The notes below the pieces were generated by a model. It was not told the DNA's origin, searched no databases, and saw nothing but the letters and a program-made list of their open reading frames with translations. A DNA stretch of 64,000 nucleotides from an uncultured Prochlorococcus sp. (GTDB taxonomy: Bacteria; Cyanobacteriota; Cyanobacteriia; PCC-6307; Cyanobiaceae), in NCBI GenBank assembly GCA_964433825.1, contig CAYSSQ010000001.1:27112-91111 (forward strand), written 5' to 3'. The stretch's first letter is position 1, and each line of letters starts with the position of its first letter. This document shows positions 20,219-30,289 of the stretch, piece by piece. The translations under genes were made by a program, and so were the position numbers.

Positions 20219-21643
20219 ATGATCAAATTTGAAAAATTAAATTTTCCTGAAGAAGGCGAAATTATTTCATTTAATAATGGGTTAGCCAACGTTCCAAATT
20301 ATCCTATTGTCCCTTTCATAAGGGGAGATGGGACGGGAGTTGATATTTGGCCTGCGACTCAAAAAGTTATTGATGCTGCAGTTTCAATCAGTTATGGAGA
20401 AAATAAAAAAATTAATTGGTTTAAAGTTTATGCTGGAGATGAAGCATGCGAAGTTTATGGAACATATAATTACTTACCCAAAGACACCATAGAGGCAATA
20501 AAATATTTTGGCGTTGCAATTAAAGGTCCACTTACTACTCCTATTGGAGGGGGTATAAGATCATTAAATGTTGCACTTAGACAAATATTTGATTTGTATA
20601 GTTGTGTAAGGCCTTGCAGATACTATTCTGGGACTCCAAGTCCTCATAAAAAACCTGAAGATTTAGATATTATTGTTTATAGAGAGAATACTGAAGATAT
20701 TTATATGGGAATAGAGTGGGAGGCTGGTGATTCAAATTGCATTGAACTTATAAAATATTTAAATGAATCACTAATTCCAAAAAGTGAGAAACTTAAAAAT
20801 AAATTAATTTCTGAGAGTGCTGGGATTGGTATTAAACCAATAAGCAAAAAAGGAAGTCAAAGACATATTAAGAAAGCAATAGAACATGCCAAAAGATTGA
20901 ATGGGAATAAAAGACATGTAACACTAGTGCATAAAGGGAATATCATGAAATACACGGAGGGTGCTTTCAGAGACTGGGGTTATGAATTAGCTGTTAATGA
21001 ATTTAGAAATGATTGCATTACTGAAAGAGAAAGTTGGATTCTTGATAATCTAGAGAAAAATAATGAAATAAGTATCGAAAATAATGCGAAATTAATTGAA
21101 CCGGGGTTTGAGAAACTTACTACTTCAAAACGAGAAAAAATTTGTGAAGAGATACAAGAAGTAATCTCCTCAATATCTAAATCGCACGGATCAAATAGGT
21201 GGAAAAGAATGGTTTTAGTGGATGACAGAATAGCTGATAGCATATTCCAACAAATTCAAACAAGACCACAAGAATATTCTATAATTGCAACCTTAAATCT
21301 AAACGGAGATTATATTTCTGATGCTGCAGCTGCAATTGTTGGTGGGTTAGGAATGGCTCCTGGTGCAAATATTGGAGATAATGCAGCAATATTTGAAGCT
21401 ACCCATGGCACAGCACCAAAGCATGCAGGTTTAAATAAAATCAATCCTGGTTCCGTAATTCTAAGTGGAGTTATGATGCTCGAATATTTTGGATGGAACA
21501 AGGCTGCTGATTTAATCACAATGGGAATAAGTAAAGCAATTGAGGATAAGAAGGTAACATACGATTTGGCAAGATTAATGGAACCAAAAGTAAATGCATT
21601 ATCTTGTAGTGATTTTGCAAACGCAATTATTTCCTATTTTTAA
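20219..21643 (+). CDS. icd: NADP-dependent isocitrate dehydrogenase
   Basis: GDGTGVDI, KGPLTTPIGGGIRSLNVALRQ, VHKGNIMKYTEG, NLNGDYISD and EATHGTAPK. Confidence 0.97.
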   Translation: MIKFEKLNFPEEGEIISFNNGLANVPNYPIVPFIRGDGTGVDIWPATQKVIDAAVSISYGENKKINWFKVYAGDEACEVYGTYNYLPKDTIEAIKYFGVAIKGPLTTPIGGGIRSLNVALRQIFDLYSCVRPCRYYSGTPSPHKKPEDLDIIVYRENTEDIYMGIEWEAGDSNCIELIKYLNESLIPKSEKLKNKLISESAGIGIKPISKKGSQRHIKKAIEHAKRLNGNKRHVTLVHKGNIMKYTEGAFRDWGYELAVNEFRNDCITERESWILDNLEKNNEISIENNAKLIEPGFEKLTTSKREKICEEIQEVISSISKSHGSNRWKRMVLVDDRIADSIFQQIQTRPQEYSIIATLNLNGDYISDAAAAIVGGLGMAPGANIGDNAAIFEATHGTAPKHAGLNKINPGSVILSGVMMLEYFGWNKAADLITMGISKAIEDKKVTYDLARLMEPKVNALSCSDFANAIISYF

Positions 21644-21649
21644 AGATTA

Positions 21650-23005
21650 TTAAATTTCTTCAGGCTCTAAAATATCTATCAAATTTTTTAAACTATCAGG
21701 GTCTCCAATATTTCCTGGAAAAGTGATTATAGGAATCACAGTATTAATTTCTGATAACTTTATAGTCAATACAGAAATCCCAGTCATAATTTGTCCCTCT
21801 AAATATGCCACATCTGCCTTAAAACCTTCACCAAGTATCTCATTAGATGTTATTCCCCCTTTAGAGACTAGATATCCAATGTCATGCCTTAATTCATAAA
21901 TAATCTGGGCAATAAATAAAGAAAGTTCTTTTTTAAATTGAAATTCTTCATATTCTGATTTAAATAAAATTACTTTTCTGGATGTAAATAAAACAGGAGT
22001 AAATTGATTTTTTATCAAATCTCGTATTTGATTAACAAAATTCTTTTTTAACAAAATAATTAATTTTTTTTTATCTTTCAAATTAAGTAACTCATAAAAA
22101 TCTTGTACATTAATTTCAACAGATTTATAGCCAGGAAATTGTAGTAAATTTTTTAGCTGTAATGAAGAAGTTTCCACATGAGAACCAACAACAATTAAAC
22201 CTCTCATATATTTATTAAATTTACTTTTTCTTCTGAGCTTAGAATAATAAATTTCAGGTTTTGGATTCTCTCCAATTCTAGAAATTGCACTTATAAAACT
22301 TGCAGCAGTTCTAAATAGAAATTTTTTTTCAGTATGTAATTTATTGATTAAAAGACAAAATTTATTTAAATCTAGATAATTTTGCGCATCAACAATTATC
22401 TGTGCATTATTATTCAACTTTTTAACTTTTAAAAATATTGGGTTATTTTCCGTAAATTTAAGATTGTTTAAATCAGATAAATCGAGATTTTTAATATCAT
22501 CTAATTTGAGTTTTGATTTACTTTTCCTATGTAATAATTCTTTTAAATTATTAGATTCATAACCAAAAATTTTATCTTTAGCAAAAATTGTCTTATGCGC
22601 AGGAATTTTTTGTACAAAATGTCTGCCATTTATTGTTAACCTTTCGCCCTCTATAAAGGCTGGGATATGAAAAGTAGCATCAAAAGGTCCTAATGTTTTA
22701 TTAATAATTTCTGGTTCCAAAAAATTATGTCCCCTTAAAGTTGAATCTCCTCTACTAATAAAAATAAAATTCCTAAGTGAATATTTCTCATTTTTTATTA
22801 CCTTAATAAGTGAACTACATATCTCAGTTATTCTTATAGATGCTTCTTTTTCATTTAAAGATCTTGTATTACAGAGAATAAATAAAAGATTTGAAGAACT
22901 TCTAAGACCCTTTACAAGAGTTTGATAATCCCATTTTAAAAGTAATAAACAATCATGCACAGTTTGAGATCCAGTAGGATCATCATCAAAAACTATAATT
23001 TTCAT
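21650..23005 (-). CDS. Four-carbon acid sugar kinase family protein (DUF1537)
   Basis: DDDPTGSQTVH, SRGDSTLRGH, PAFIEGER, SKGGITS and FPGNIG. Confidence 0.85.
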   Translation of the reverse strand: MKIIVFDDDPTGSQTVHDCLLLLKWDYQTLVKGLRSSSNLLFILCNTRSLNEKEASIRITEICSSLIKVIKNEKYSLRNFIFISRGDSTLRGHNFLEPEIINKTLGPFDATFHIPAFIEGERLTINGRHFVQKIPAHKTIFAKDKIFGYESNNLKELLHRKSKSKLKLDDIKNLDLSDLNNLKFTENNPIFLKVKKLNNNAQIIVDAQNYLDLNKFCLLINKLHTEKKFLFRTAASFISAISRIGENPKPEIYYSKLRRKSKFNKYMRGLIVVGSHVETSSLQLKNLLQFPGYKSVEINVQDFYELLNLKDKKKLIILLKKNFVNQIRDLIKNQFTPVLFTSRKVILFKSEYEEFQFKKELSLFIAQIIYELRHDIGYLVSKGGITSNEILGEGFKADVAYLEGQIMTGISVLTIKLSEINTVIPIITFPGNIGDPDSLKNLIDILEPEEI

Positions 23006-23871
23006 TTATCTAAATTTTTGTCAATATCATCTACGATTATTGATGCTTTGAAACTTTTTGAACTATGAGATGGAATCAGAATTTTTCTTAATCCATTTAT
23101 AAGAGAATTTCTTGGGCTAGTCCAAGGTTCAATACAAATCATTTTCCTTGGGGGATCACTCCAAATAACATTTATATTAAAAGGATAAGGATTAATTAAT
23201 GTAATTTTTCTTCCTAAAATATAATCTGTAAAAGATAAAGGATCTGAAGAATACATCAACAAATCAATTCCTTTATTTACATTACGTAAAAAATCAGCAG
23301 TCAATTGAAGATTATTCCTCTTTTGGTCAATACAAACTAATGGATAATCTTGAAATTTAATATTTTTAAAATCAGAGATGTTGAAATAAGGATGTAATCC
23401 AAAACTTATTGGCATTTGATTATTTGAATAATTAAATATCTCTACTTCATAAATTAAAAAATTTAAATTTATCATTATGTCAATCTTTATCTCAAATGAG
23501 AAAGGATAATATTTCTGGGTAAATTCATTATCATTTAAAGATAATTGTAAAGATTCTTTTTCATTATTAAGTTTATATTGCCAACTCATATCTCTGGCAA
23601 AACCGTGCTGGGGTAAGAGTGGATAATTAGTGCCTGATATAGATAAACCTTTGTCAGCACTACCACATATAGGAAATAATATTGGAATCCCCCCCCTAAT
23701 ACTTAAACTTCTATCTAAGAATCTATTTTGATCAAAATATAAGATTTTTTTCCCATATAAAGTCCAATCAGTAACTAGTCCTCCTCTTTTTGGACAGAAA
23801 TCTATGTAATTAAAATCATCTTTTAAAAAACGAAAGATATTATTTTCATTATTTACAAGTTGAATTTCCAC
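23002..23871 (-). CDS. Aldose 1-epimerase / galactose mutarotase family protein
   Basis: IRGGIPILFP, QHGFARD, GLHPYF and CIEPWT. Confidence 0.88.
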   Translation of the reverse strand: MEIQLVNNENNIFRFLKDDFNYIDFCPKRGGLVTDWTLYGKKILYFDQNRFLDRSLSIRGGIPILFPICGSADKGLSISGTNYPLLPQHGFARDMSWQYKLNNEKESLQLSLNDNEFTQKYYPFSFEIKIDIMINLNFLIYEVEIFNYSNNQMPISFGLHPYFNISDFKNIKFQDYPLVCIDQKRNNLQLTADFLRNVNKGIDLLMYSSDPLSFTDYILGRKITLINPYPFNINVIWSDPPRKMICIEPWTSPRNSLINGLRKILIPSHSSKSFKASIIVDDIDKNLDK

Positions 23872-23880
23872 GAATAAATC

Positions 23881-24780
23881 TTATAGCTTCTCAATCCAAT
23901 CTAAAATTTTTTGATTAACTAGTTCAGGTACTTCATCATGGGGACAATGACCTGCCTCTAAAATTACCTCTGTTGTATTTTTTGGAGTAAATTTTTCATA
24001 TAATCCTCTTTTTTTTGGTGTATTCATCCATGGATCCTTACTCCCCCATAAAAGTAAAAGTGGAGAAGAAAGTTTCTTAAAAAGTTGATCTAAGGGCTCA
24101 CCTTGTGGACCAGATGGATTAAATACACTCCTAAAAACATTAAAAGCTCCTACATCCAAAGATGGATTCCTTATTGAATTAACGAGAAAATCATCAACAT
24201 TTTTTTTATTAATATAAACTTGATTTAAGGTTTTTCTAATTGTGCTTGGCTTTCTCATATTCTCAAAAATTAGTCTTTGTAAAACTATATTCTTTAAGAA
24301 AATTCCCGCGACTGTCTCAATTGAAGTTTGTAGCATATTTTTTTTCAATGATTTCTCTTCACTAAAATATCCTGCTGCATTTAATAGAATTACGCCTGCA
24401 GATAATTCCTTAAGTTCTGCACCAGCAGCTAACGCTGCATATCCTCCTAGTGAATTACCTACTACGATAGTAGGTTTTTGAATTTTTTCCTTAACATATG
24501 CAATCACCTGATCTTTCCAAAGTGATCCTGAATAAATCACATCATTAGGTTTAGGACTTTTACCAAAACCTAATAAATCAATTGCATGAACTTCAAATTT
24601 AGATGATAAAACGGGTATATTAAATCTCCAATGTTCAGTAGATGCTCCGAAGCCATGTATTAAGAGGATTGCAATATCCTTTTCCAAGTTTTTAGGTTTT
24701 TCAGAGATTGTATAAATTGGATAATTTAAAAAATTCCAAGAAAAATTTTCGTTTTTACTAATAATTCCTGATTCAGTCAT
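23881..24780 (-). CDS. Alpha/beta fold hydrolase
   Basis: LLIHGFGAS..HWR, DLLGFG, GNSLGG and GHCPHDE. Confidence 0.9.
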   Translation of the reverse strand: MTESGIISKNENFSWNFLNYPIYTISEKPKNLEKDIAILLIHGFGASTEHWRFNIPVLSSKFEVHAIDLLGFGKSPKPNDVIYSGSLWKDQVIAYVKEKIQKPTIVVGNSLGGYAALAAGAELKELSAGVILLNAAGYFSEEKSLKKNMLQTSIETVAGIFLKNIVLQRLIFENMRKPSTIRKTLNQVYINKKNVDDFLVNSIRNPSLDVGAFNVFRSVFNPSGPQGEPLDQLFKKLSSPLLLLWGSKDPWMNTPKKRGLYEKFTPKNTTEVILEAGHCPHDEVPELVNQKILDWIEKL

Positions 24781-24823
24781 TTCAAAATAAATCTATAGAA
24801 TTATATTTTAGTAAAATTATTAA

Positions 24824-26191
24824 CTAACGAAGTCCAACTGGATCGGCTGCAACATCATCTGAAATCTTATTGCCATCTCCTGGGGTCTTGTCTTTTAAAA
24901 CGATTCTTAAAAGCACCGGAGCAAGAAATGTAGTTCCAATTACCATTAATAGAATAGCTGCTTCTAAAGAAGGAGTCAGAAGGCCTGCGCTGGTGCCAAG
25001 TCCAAGGAAGATTAGACCTACCTCTCCTCGAGGCATCATCCCTAAACCTACCACTAATCTATCTGTTGGCTTATCAATAATGAATGACCATCCAGCCGCA
25101 ATCTTACCAATTATCGCGACAACTAATAAAAATCCTGCAACAACCAAAGCCGATCTGCTAGATGGATCTAATGGATTTATGACTGATAAATCCATTCCGG
25201 CTCCTACTAACACAAAAAATATAGTTGCAAATAAAGAGACTAATGGTAAAACAGATTGCTGGATAGCATGGTTATTTTTAGAACTGCTAAGAATTAGACC
25301 TGCAGCAAAGGCTCCTAATGCTGCTTCCAAACCAATTGCGGTAGCAACAAAACAGCATAAAACAAGAATGACGAAAGAAGCTACAACTACAGCTCCAGGG
25401 GCTTTGAGTCGTTCTAGTAGCCAATCGAATCCTGGCGCTGCAGTTCTACTTAAAGCAATAGCAGCAATCACAAAAACCACTGCAGCTGCAACAAGTTTAA
25501 TAATTGGTGCAATTTCTAAAGATCCCCCTGCTGCCAGTGCTACTACTACTGCTAAAATTACAATTCCCAAAATATCATCTAAAACAGCTGCACCAATAAC
25601 AATTTGTCCCTCTCTAGTCTTAAGATATCCTAATTCGCCAAAAACACTTGCTGTAATACCTATGCTAGTAGCAGTCATAGATGCCCCAGCAAATACTGCA
25701 GGAATTAAATCAACCTGGAATAAAAACATCAGTCCAAAAGTACCAAATGCAAATGGAAGAATTACACCTGCCATGGCAACTGTAAAAGCCTGAGTCCCAA
25801 CAGCAACTAATTCTTCTAACTCACTTTCCAAACCAGTTAAGAATAGCAACGCATAAAGTCCAAGGGTTGCAACTGCTTGTAATGATGGGAAAGTCTCAAA
25901 ATAAACGTCAGGAACTGCCTCAGGAGGAATTGAGGCTAAAGAGCTAATGATGTTAACTAATCCTTCGTTTAAGGGCGTCTGTGCAGCAGGAGGAATCAGC
26001 AGATGAAAGCCTGATGCACCAATAACAACTCCAGCTAATAACTCTCCTACTATAGTAGGTAAACTTAATCTCACGAGTACTTCAGCAAGTGTCCTAGCAG
26101 CTAGAAATATAAGTAGAAATCTAATTACACCTATCAGAGTCTCAGCAACCTCTAAATCATGGGCACTCAATTCAGCAAGTAAAAAATACAT
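24824..26191 (-). CDS. Na+/H+ antiporter (CPA family, NhaS3-like)
   Basis: Multi-TM protein with LLFLTGLE, TATSIGIT, AAVLDDILG and GMMPRGEVGL. Confidence 0.9.
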   Translation of the reverse strand: MYFLLAELSAHDLEVAETLIGVIRFLLIFLAARTLAEVLVRLSLPTIVGELLAGVVIGASGFHLLIPPAAQTPLNEGLVNIISSLASIPPEAVPDVYFETFPSLQAVATLGLYALLFLTGLESELEELVAVGTQAFTVAMAGVILPFAFGTFGLMFLFQVDLIPAVFAGASMTATSIGITASVFGELGYLKTREGQIVIGAAVLDDILGIVILAVVVALAAGGSLEIAPIIKLVAAAVVFVIAAIALSRTAAPGFDWLLERLKAPGAVVVASFVILVLCCFVATAIGLEAALGAFAAGLILSSSKNNHAIQQSVLPLVSLFATIFFVLVGAGMDLSVINPLDPSSRSALVVAGFLLVVAIIGKIAAGWSFIIDKPTDRLVVGLGMMPRGEVGLIFLGLGTSAGLLTPSLEAAILLMVIGTTFLAPVLLRIVLKDKTPGDGNKISDDVAADPVGLR

Positions 26192-26333
26192 TTAATTGCT
26201 ACGTAAAAACATATCTTATAGAAAGATAGTTTATAGAGTGCCCCGTTTTATAAATATGTAAAAAAAAAATAAAGAAGTGTGGATCTGCAGTTACTAAGAA
26301 GAATTATTTATAAAAGAGGCTATCGTCGTATAT

Positions 26334-28880
26334 ATGCGAAAATCAATGAATAAAAAAGAACCTTTTGATTTAAGACTTCCCACACCAGGATGTTATTTAG
26401 ATTCAGAAAAAGCTGGTATGGATTCTGATGCTGTTTTCAAGGGAATGACATCGCATTTATTCTTCACACTTGGAAAACTTGCAACTTCGGCTAGTCCGCA
26501 TGATTTATATATGGCTTTAAGTTATGCAGTAAAAGATAGATTAATGACTAGATATTTAGCTAGTCAAGAAGTTATTAGAAAAAAGCCACAAAAGACAGTT
26601 GCATACTTATCAGCAGAATTTCTTATTGGTCCACAATTAAGCAATAATTTATTAAATCTCGGTATTACTAAAGAGGCTGAAAATGCTCTAAAAAGATTTG
26701 GAATTGATTCTCTATCACAAATACTTGAAGTTGAAGAAGAACCTGGTCTTGGGAATGGCGGGCTTGGAAGACTAGCAGCGTGCTATATGGAATCACTTGC
26801 ATCTCTAGAAGTTCCGGCTGTAGGATACGGTATAAGATATGAATTTGGAATTTTTAATCAATTAATTAGAGATGGTTGGCAGGTTGAAGTAACTGATAAA
26901 TGGTTAAAAGGAGGATGGCCATGGGAATTACCACAACCAGATGAATCTTGTTTTGTAGGTTTTGGGGGAAGGACAGAAAGCTATAGAGATGATAAAGGTA
27001 ATTACAGATCTAGATGGATCCCTTACGAGCATGCAATAGGCGTCCCTCATGATGTTCCAGTTTTAGGATACAGAGTAAATACTTGTGACAGATTAAGGCT
27101 TTGGAGAGCAGATGCTACAGAAAGTTTTGATTTTTATGCCTTCAATATTGGTGACTACTATGGAGCTGTTGAAGAGAAAGTCGCATCTGAAACTCTTTCA
27201 AAAGTCCTTTACCCGAATGACGGTACCGATGAAGGTAGAAGATTAAGATTAAAGCAACAACATTTCTTTGTTAGTTGCTCTCTGCAAGATATGTTAAGGA
27301 GTCTAGAGAAAAGATCAATCCCAATAACTGACTTTTCTAAACATTGGACTGTCCAATTGAACGATACACACCCTGCTATTGCAGTAGCTGAATTAATGAG
27401 ATTATTAGTAGATCAATATCATATTTCGTGGGATAAGGCTTGGAATATAACTAATCAATCGGTAGCATATACCAATCATACCCTTCTTCCTGAAGCGCTT
27501 GAAAAATGGGATCTTCATCTATTTAATGATCTTCTACCTAGACATCTTGAAATTATTTATGAAATTAATTGGAGATTCTTACAGCAGCTTAGATTAAAAT
27601 ACCCTGGTGATGACAAAATCTTAAGGAAGCTATCTATCATTGATGAAGAAGGATCTAAGTCCGTAAGGATGGCTCATTTAGCCACAATTGGCGCTCATCA
27701 TATTAATGGAGTGGCAGCTCTTCACTCTGACCTAATAAAAAGGCAGCTTTTACCAGAATTTGCAAAATTATGGCCCGAAAAATTTACAAATGTCACTAAT
27801 GGGGTAACACCTCGCAGATGGGTGGCTTTAGCTAACCCAGGATTAGCAGAATTACTAGAAAAAGAGCTTGGACCGAATTGGATTACTAATATGAAATTAT
27901 TGAATAATTTAGAGAGCAAACAAAATGATATAAATTTTCTTAATAAGTTTCAAGAAACAAAGCTCCTAGGGAAAAGGAAGCTCTCAAACTACATACATTC
28001 TCAAACCGGAATACTGGTCGATCCATCGAGTTTATTTGATGTTCAAGTTAAAAGAATTCATCAGTACAAGAGACAACATTTAAATGCGTTACAAATTATT
28101 GCTCAATACTTAAGGATCAAAAATGGGGTATGGGACCATGCAGCGCCAAGAACTATTATTTTTGGGGGTAAAGCAGCACCAGGATACTTCATGGCAAAAC
28201 TAATGATTCGTTTTATTAATGGTATCGCTGATGTAGTAAATTCTGATCCCGATATGGATGGATTACTAAGAGTTGTTTTTTTACCAGATTACAATGTTAA
28301 GCTTGGTGAAATAGTTTACCCAGCAACAGATTTATCTGAACAAATTTCAACAGCAGGGAAAGAAGCCTCTGGAACTGGAAATATGAAATTTGCCATGAAC
28401 GGTGCCCTCACTATTGGAACTCTAGATGGTGCAAACGTAGAATTAAGAGATTTAGTCAAACCAGAAAACTTTTTCTTATTTGGGAAAACCGAAAGCCAAA
28501 TAATGGCTCTCAAAAACAAAGGATATGACCCCCAGTTATTCATTAATAAATCTCCCGAATTAAGCGAAGTATTACGTTTGATAGAAATTGGTCACTTTAG
28601 CAATGGTGACAAAGATTTATTCAAGCCTTTATTAAACAGTCTCAAAGGGGCAGATCCATTTTTTGTTATGGCTGATTTTGAAGACTACTTAAATAAACAA
28701 GATATTGTTAGTAAGGCATGGAATGATAAGCAAAAATGGAACAAGATGGCACTATTAAATACTGCTAGATCAGGATACTTCTCTTCGGATAGGTCAATAA
28801 GCGAATATTGTGAATCGATATGGAAAGTATCTCCCATGCCAGTTGAGATTAATTGTGATATTGAAGAATTCACTAATTAG
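26334..28880 (+). CDS. glgP: Glycogen/alpha-glucan phosphorylase
   Basis: GLGNGGLGRLAAC, QLNDTHP, VTNGVTPRRW, EASGTGNMKFAMNG and FSSDRSI. Confidence 0.97.
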   Translation: MRKSMNKKEPFDLRLPTPGCYLDSEKAGMDSDAVFKGMTSHLFFTLGKLATSASPHDLYMALSYAVKDRLMTRYLASQEVIRKKPQKTVAYLSAEFLIGPQLSNNLLNLGITKEAENALKRFGIDSLSQILEVEEEPGLGNGGLGRLAACYMESLASLEVPAVGYGIRYEFGIFNQLIRDGWQVEVTDKWLKGGWPWELPQPDESCFVGFGGRTESYRDDKGNYRSRWIPYEHAIGVPHDVPVLGYRVNTCDRLRLWRADATESFDFYAFNIGDYYGAVEEKVASETLSKVLYPNDGTDEGRRLRLKQQHFFVSCSLQDMLRSLEKRSIPITDFSKHWTVQLNDTHPAIAVAELMRLLVDQYHISWDKAWNITNQSVAYTNHTLLPEALEKWDLHLFNDLLPRHLEIIYEINWRFLQQLRLKYPGDDKILRKLSIIDEEGSKSVRMAHLATIGAHHINGVAALHSDLIKRQLLPEFAKLWPEKFTNVTNGVTPRRWVALANPGLAELLEKELGPNWITNMKLLNNLESKQNDINFLNKFQETKLLGKRKLSNYIHSQTGILVDPSSLFDVQVKRIHQYKRQHLNALQIIAQYLRIKNGVWDHAAPRTIIFGGKAAPGYFMAKLMIRFINGIADVVNSDPDMDGLLRVVFLPDYNVKLGEIVYPATDLSEQISTAGKEASGTGNMKFAMNGALTIGTLDGANVELRDLVKPENFFLFGKTESQIMALKNKGYDPQLFINKSPELSEVLRLIEIGHFSNGDKDLFKPLLNSLKGADPFFVMADFEDYLNKQDIVSKAWNDKQKWNKMALLNTARSGYFSSDRSISEYCESIWKVSPMPVEINCDIEEFTN

Positions 28881-29331
28881 AGTTAGTACTTTTATCGGGA
28901 AAATCTGGCGTTTGGTGAAATAGTCTATTTAATATAATTCTATCTATATTTAAAGGATCAGGAGCTAATTCTGCAGCTACCTCTCTAAATTTAGCTTCAA
29001 TATCATCTGAAACTTTTGCTTCAAATATCTTTTCCATTAAGGCTTCTATCGAAAACAAGTACGCATTTATATTTTCTAATTCATTAATTGACTCATTTAT
29101 TTGAATAGAAACATCTGAGTTATCATTCACTCCTGATTTTTTAGTAGTTTCTAAGTCTGATAATTTTTTTTGCAAATCTTCAGTTACTTTGCCACATAAA
29201 GTTCTGAATGATTGCAGGGAAGCCCAATTTAATTCCTGTTGTTGCTTTAATGTAGGGAATTCTCTGATTAATCGATCATGTTCCCTATAGAATCTTTGAC
29301 AATCAGGGCATTGACAAGGTTCTTCAGTCAA
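28873..29331 (-). CDS. Hypothetical protein with N-terminal CxCxxC motif and coiled coil
   Basis: 152-aa ORF with TTG start; MTEEPCQCPDCQRFYREHDR. Confidence 0.75.
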   Translation of the reverse strand: MTEEPCQCPDCQRFYREHDRLIREFPTLKQQQELNWASLQSFRTLCGKVTEDLQKKLSDLETTKKSGVNDNSDVSIQINESINELENINAYLFSIEALMEKIFEAKVSDDIEAKFREVAAELAPDPLNIDRIILNRLFHQTPDFPDKSTNSN

Positions 29332-29367
29332 ATCAATAATGAAATACTAATAATATGATCGCATTAA

Positions 29368-29697
29368 TTATGCACTAATAGTAGGTCCATCGAGAAATTC
29401 GTCACTTTCATCAATTGAATCAGGACTATCAGGTAATGGGATTTCAATACTTGTTACTAAATTTATAACATCCCTTAAACGCATGGAATCCGCAAACCAG
29501 CCCATTGCTTGTTCTGCATCTCCACGTTTTTCAGCATCATTAGCTTGATCTTCATGAGCTTCTGCTAACAAGGCTAACCAACAAAGGCATCTAGCCTGAA
29601 CAATTGAAAGATCTAAGTCACCTGGTTGAGATTTTGCTATACGTTCATGTTCCTGCTGCACCAAGAGCTTAAGACGCATATCATGTAGCTTTGCCAT
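29368..29697 (-). CDS. Conserved hypothetical protein
   Basis: 109-aa helical ORF (LHDMRLKLLVQQEHERI...QARCLCWLALLAEAHEDQA...GWFADSMRL). Confidence 0.8.
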   Translation of the reverse strand: MAKLHDMRLKLLVQQEHERIAKSQPGDLDLSIVQARCLCWLALLAEAHEDQANDAEKRGDAEQAMGWFADSMRLRDVINLVTSIEIPLPDSPDSIDESDEFLDGPTISA

Positions 29698-29776
29698 AAA
29701 AGCTGAATTACTATTTATACGCTAGCTACAGAGTAGCAAGTTTGCACGCATACTAAATATAGTTTTGCAATTTATA

Positions 29777-29850
<74 letters not shown>

Positions 29851-29887
29851 ATAGATGTTTTTTTTTATAATAAGCATTATGCTAAAT

Positions 29888-30266
29888 GAAAGCAGGAGAG
29901 GTAATCGCGAAAAGGTTTTATTTTGGAAACGAGATAAAACTTTTTTGAGGAAAGTCCGGGCTCCCATATGGTCAAGCTTGCTGGGTAATGCCCAGTGCGG
30001 GAAACCGCGAGGATAGTGCCACAGAAACATACCGCCTAATACTGAAAAGTATGGCAAGGGTGCAAAGGTGCGGTAAGAGCGCACCAGCAATATCGAGAGG
30101 TATTGGCTAGGTAAACCCCGGTAGGGAGCAAGGCTGAGTAGATTTAATGACCATTGTAATAATCTACTTATTTAGCGCCGCTTGAGACTACGAAGTAATT
30201 CTAGTCCTAGATAGATGATTACCCATCTATTTTTAGATGAACAGAACCCGGCTTATGACCTGCTTA
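29888..30266 (+). ncRNA. rnpB: RNase P RNA (type A)
   Basis: GAGGAAAGTCCGGGCT, AGTGCCACAGAAA, GGTAAACCCC and ACAGAACCCGGCTTA; P1 AAGCAGG/CCTGCTT. Confidence 0.97.
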
Positions 30267-30289
30267 CTTTTAAAAAAGAAAATATATCT

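Noticed and set aside
24870-25793. 307-aa + strand ORF
   Set aside because: Antisense shadow of the hydrophobic Na+/H+ antiporter; no motifs.
26260-26269. A10 tract upstream of glgP (another at 39379-39388) as a phase-variation site
   Set aside because: Intergenic homopolymers are expected at this AT content.
30215-30289. Longer rnc start
   Set aside because: Lies inside the 3' end of rnpB; ATG 30290 is more plausible.
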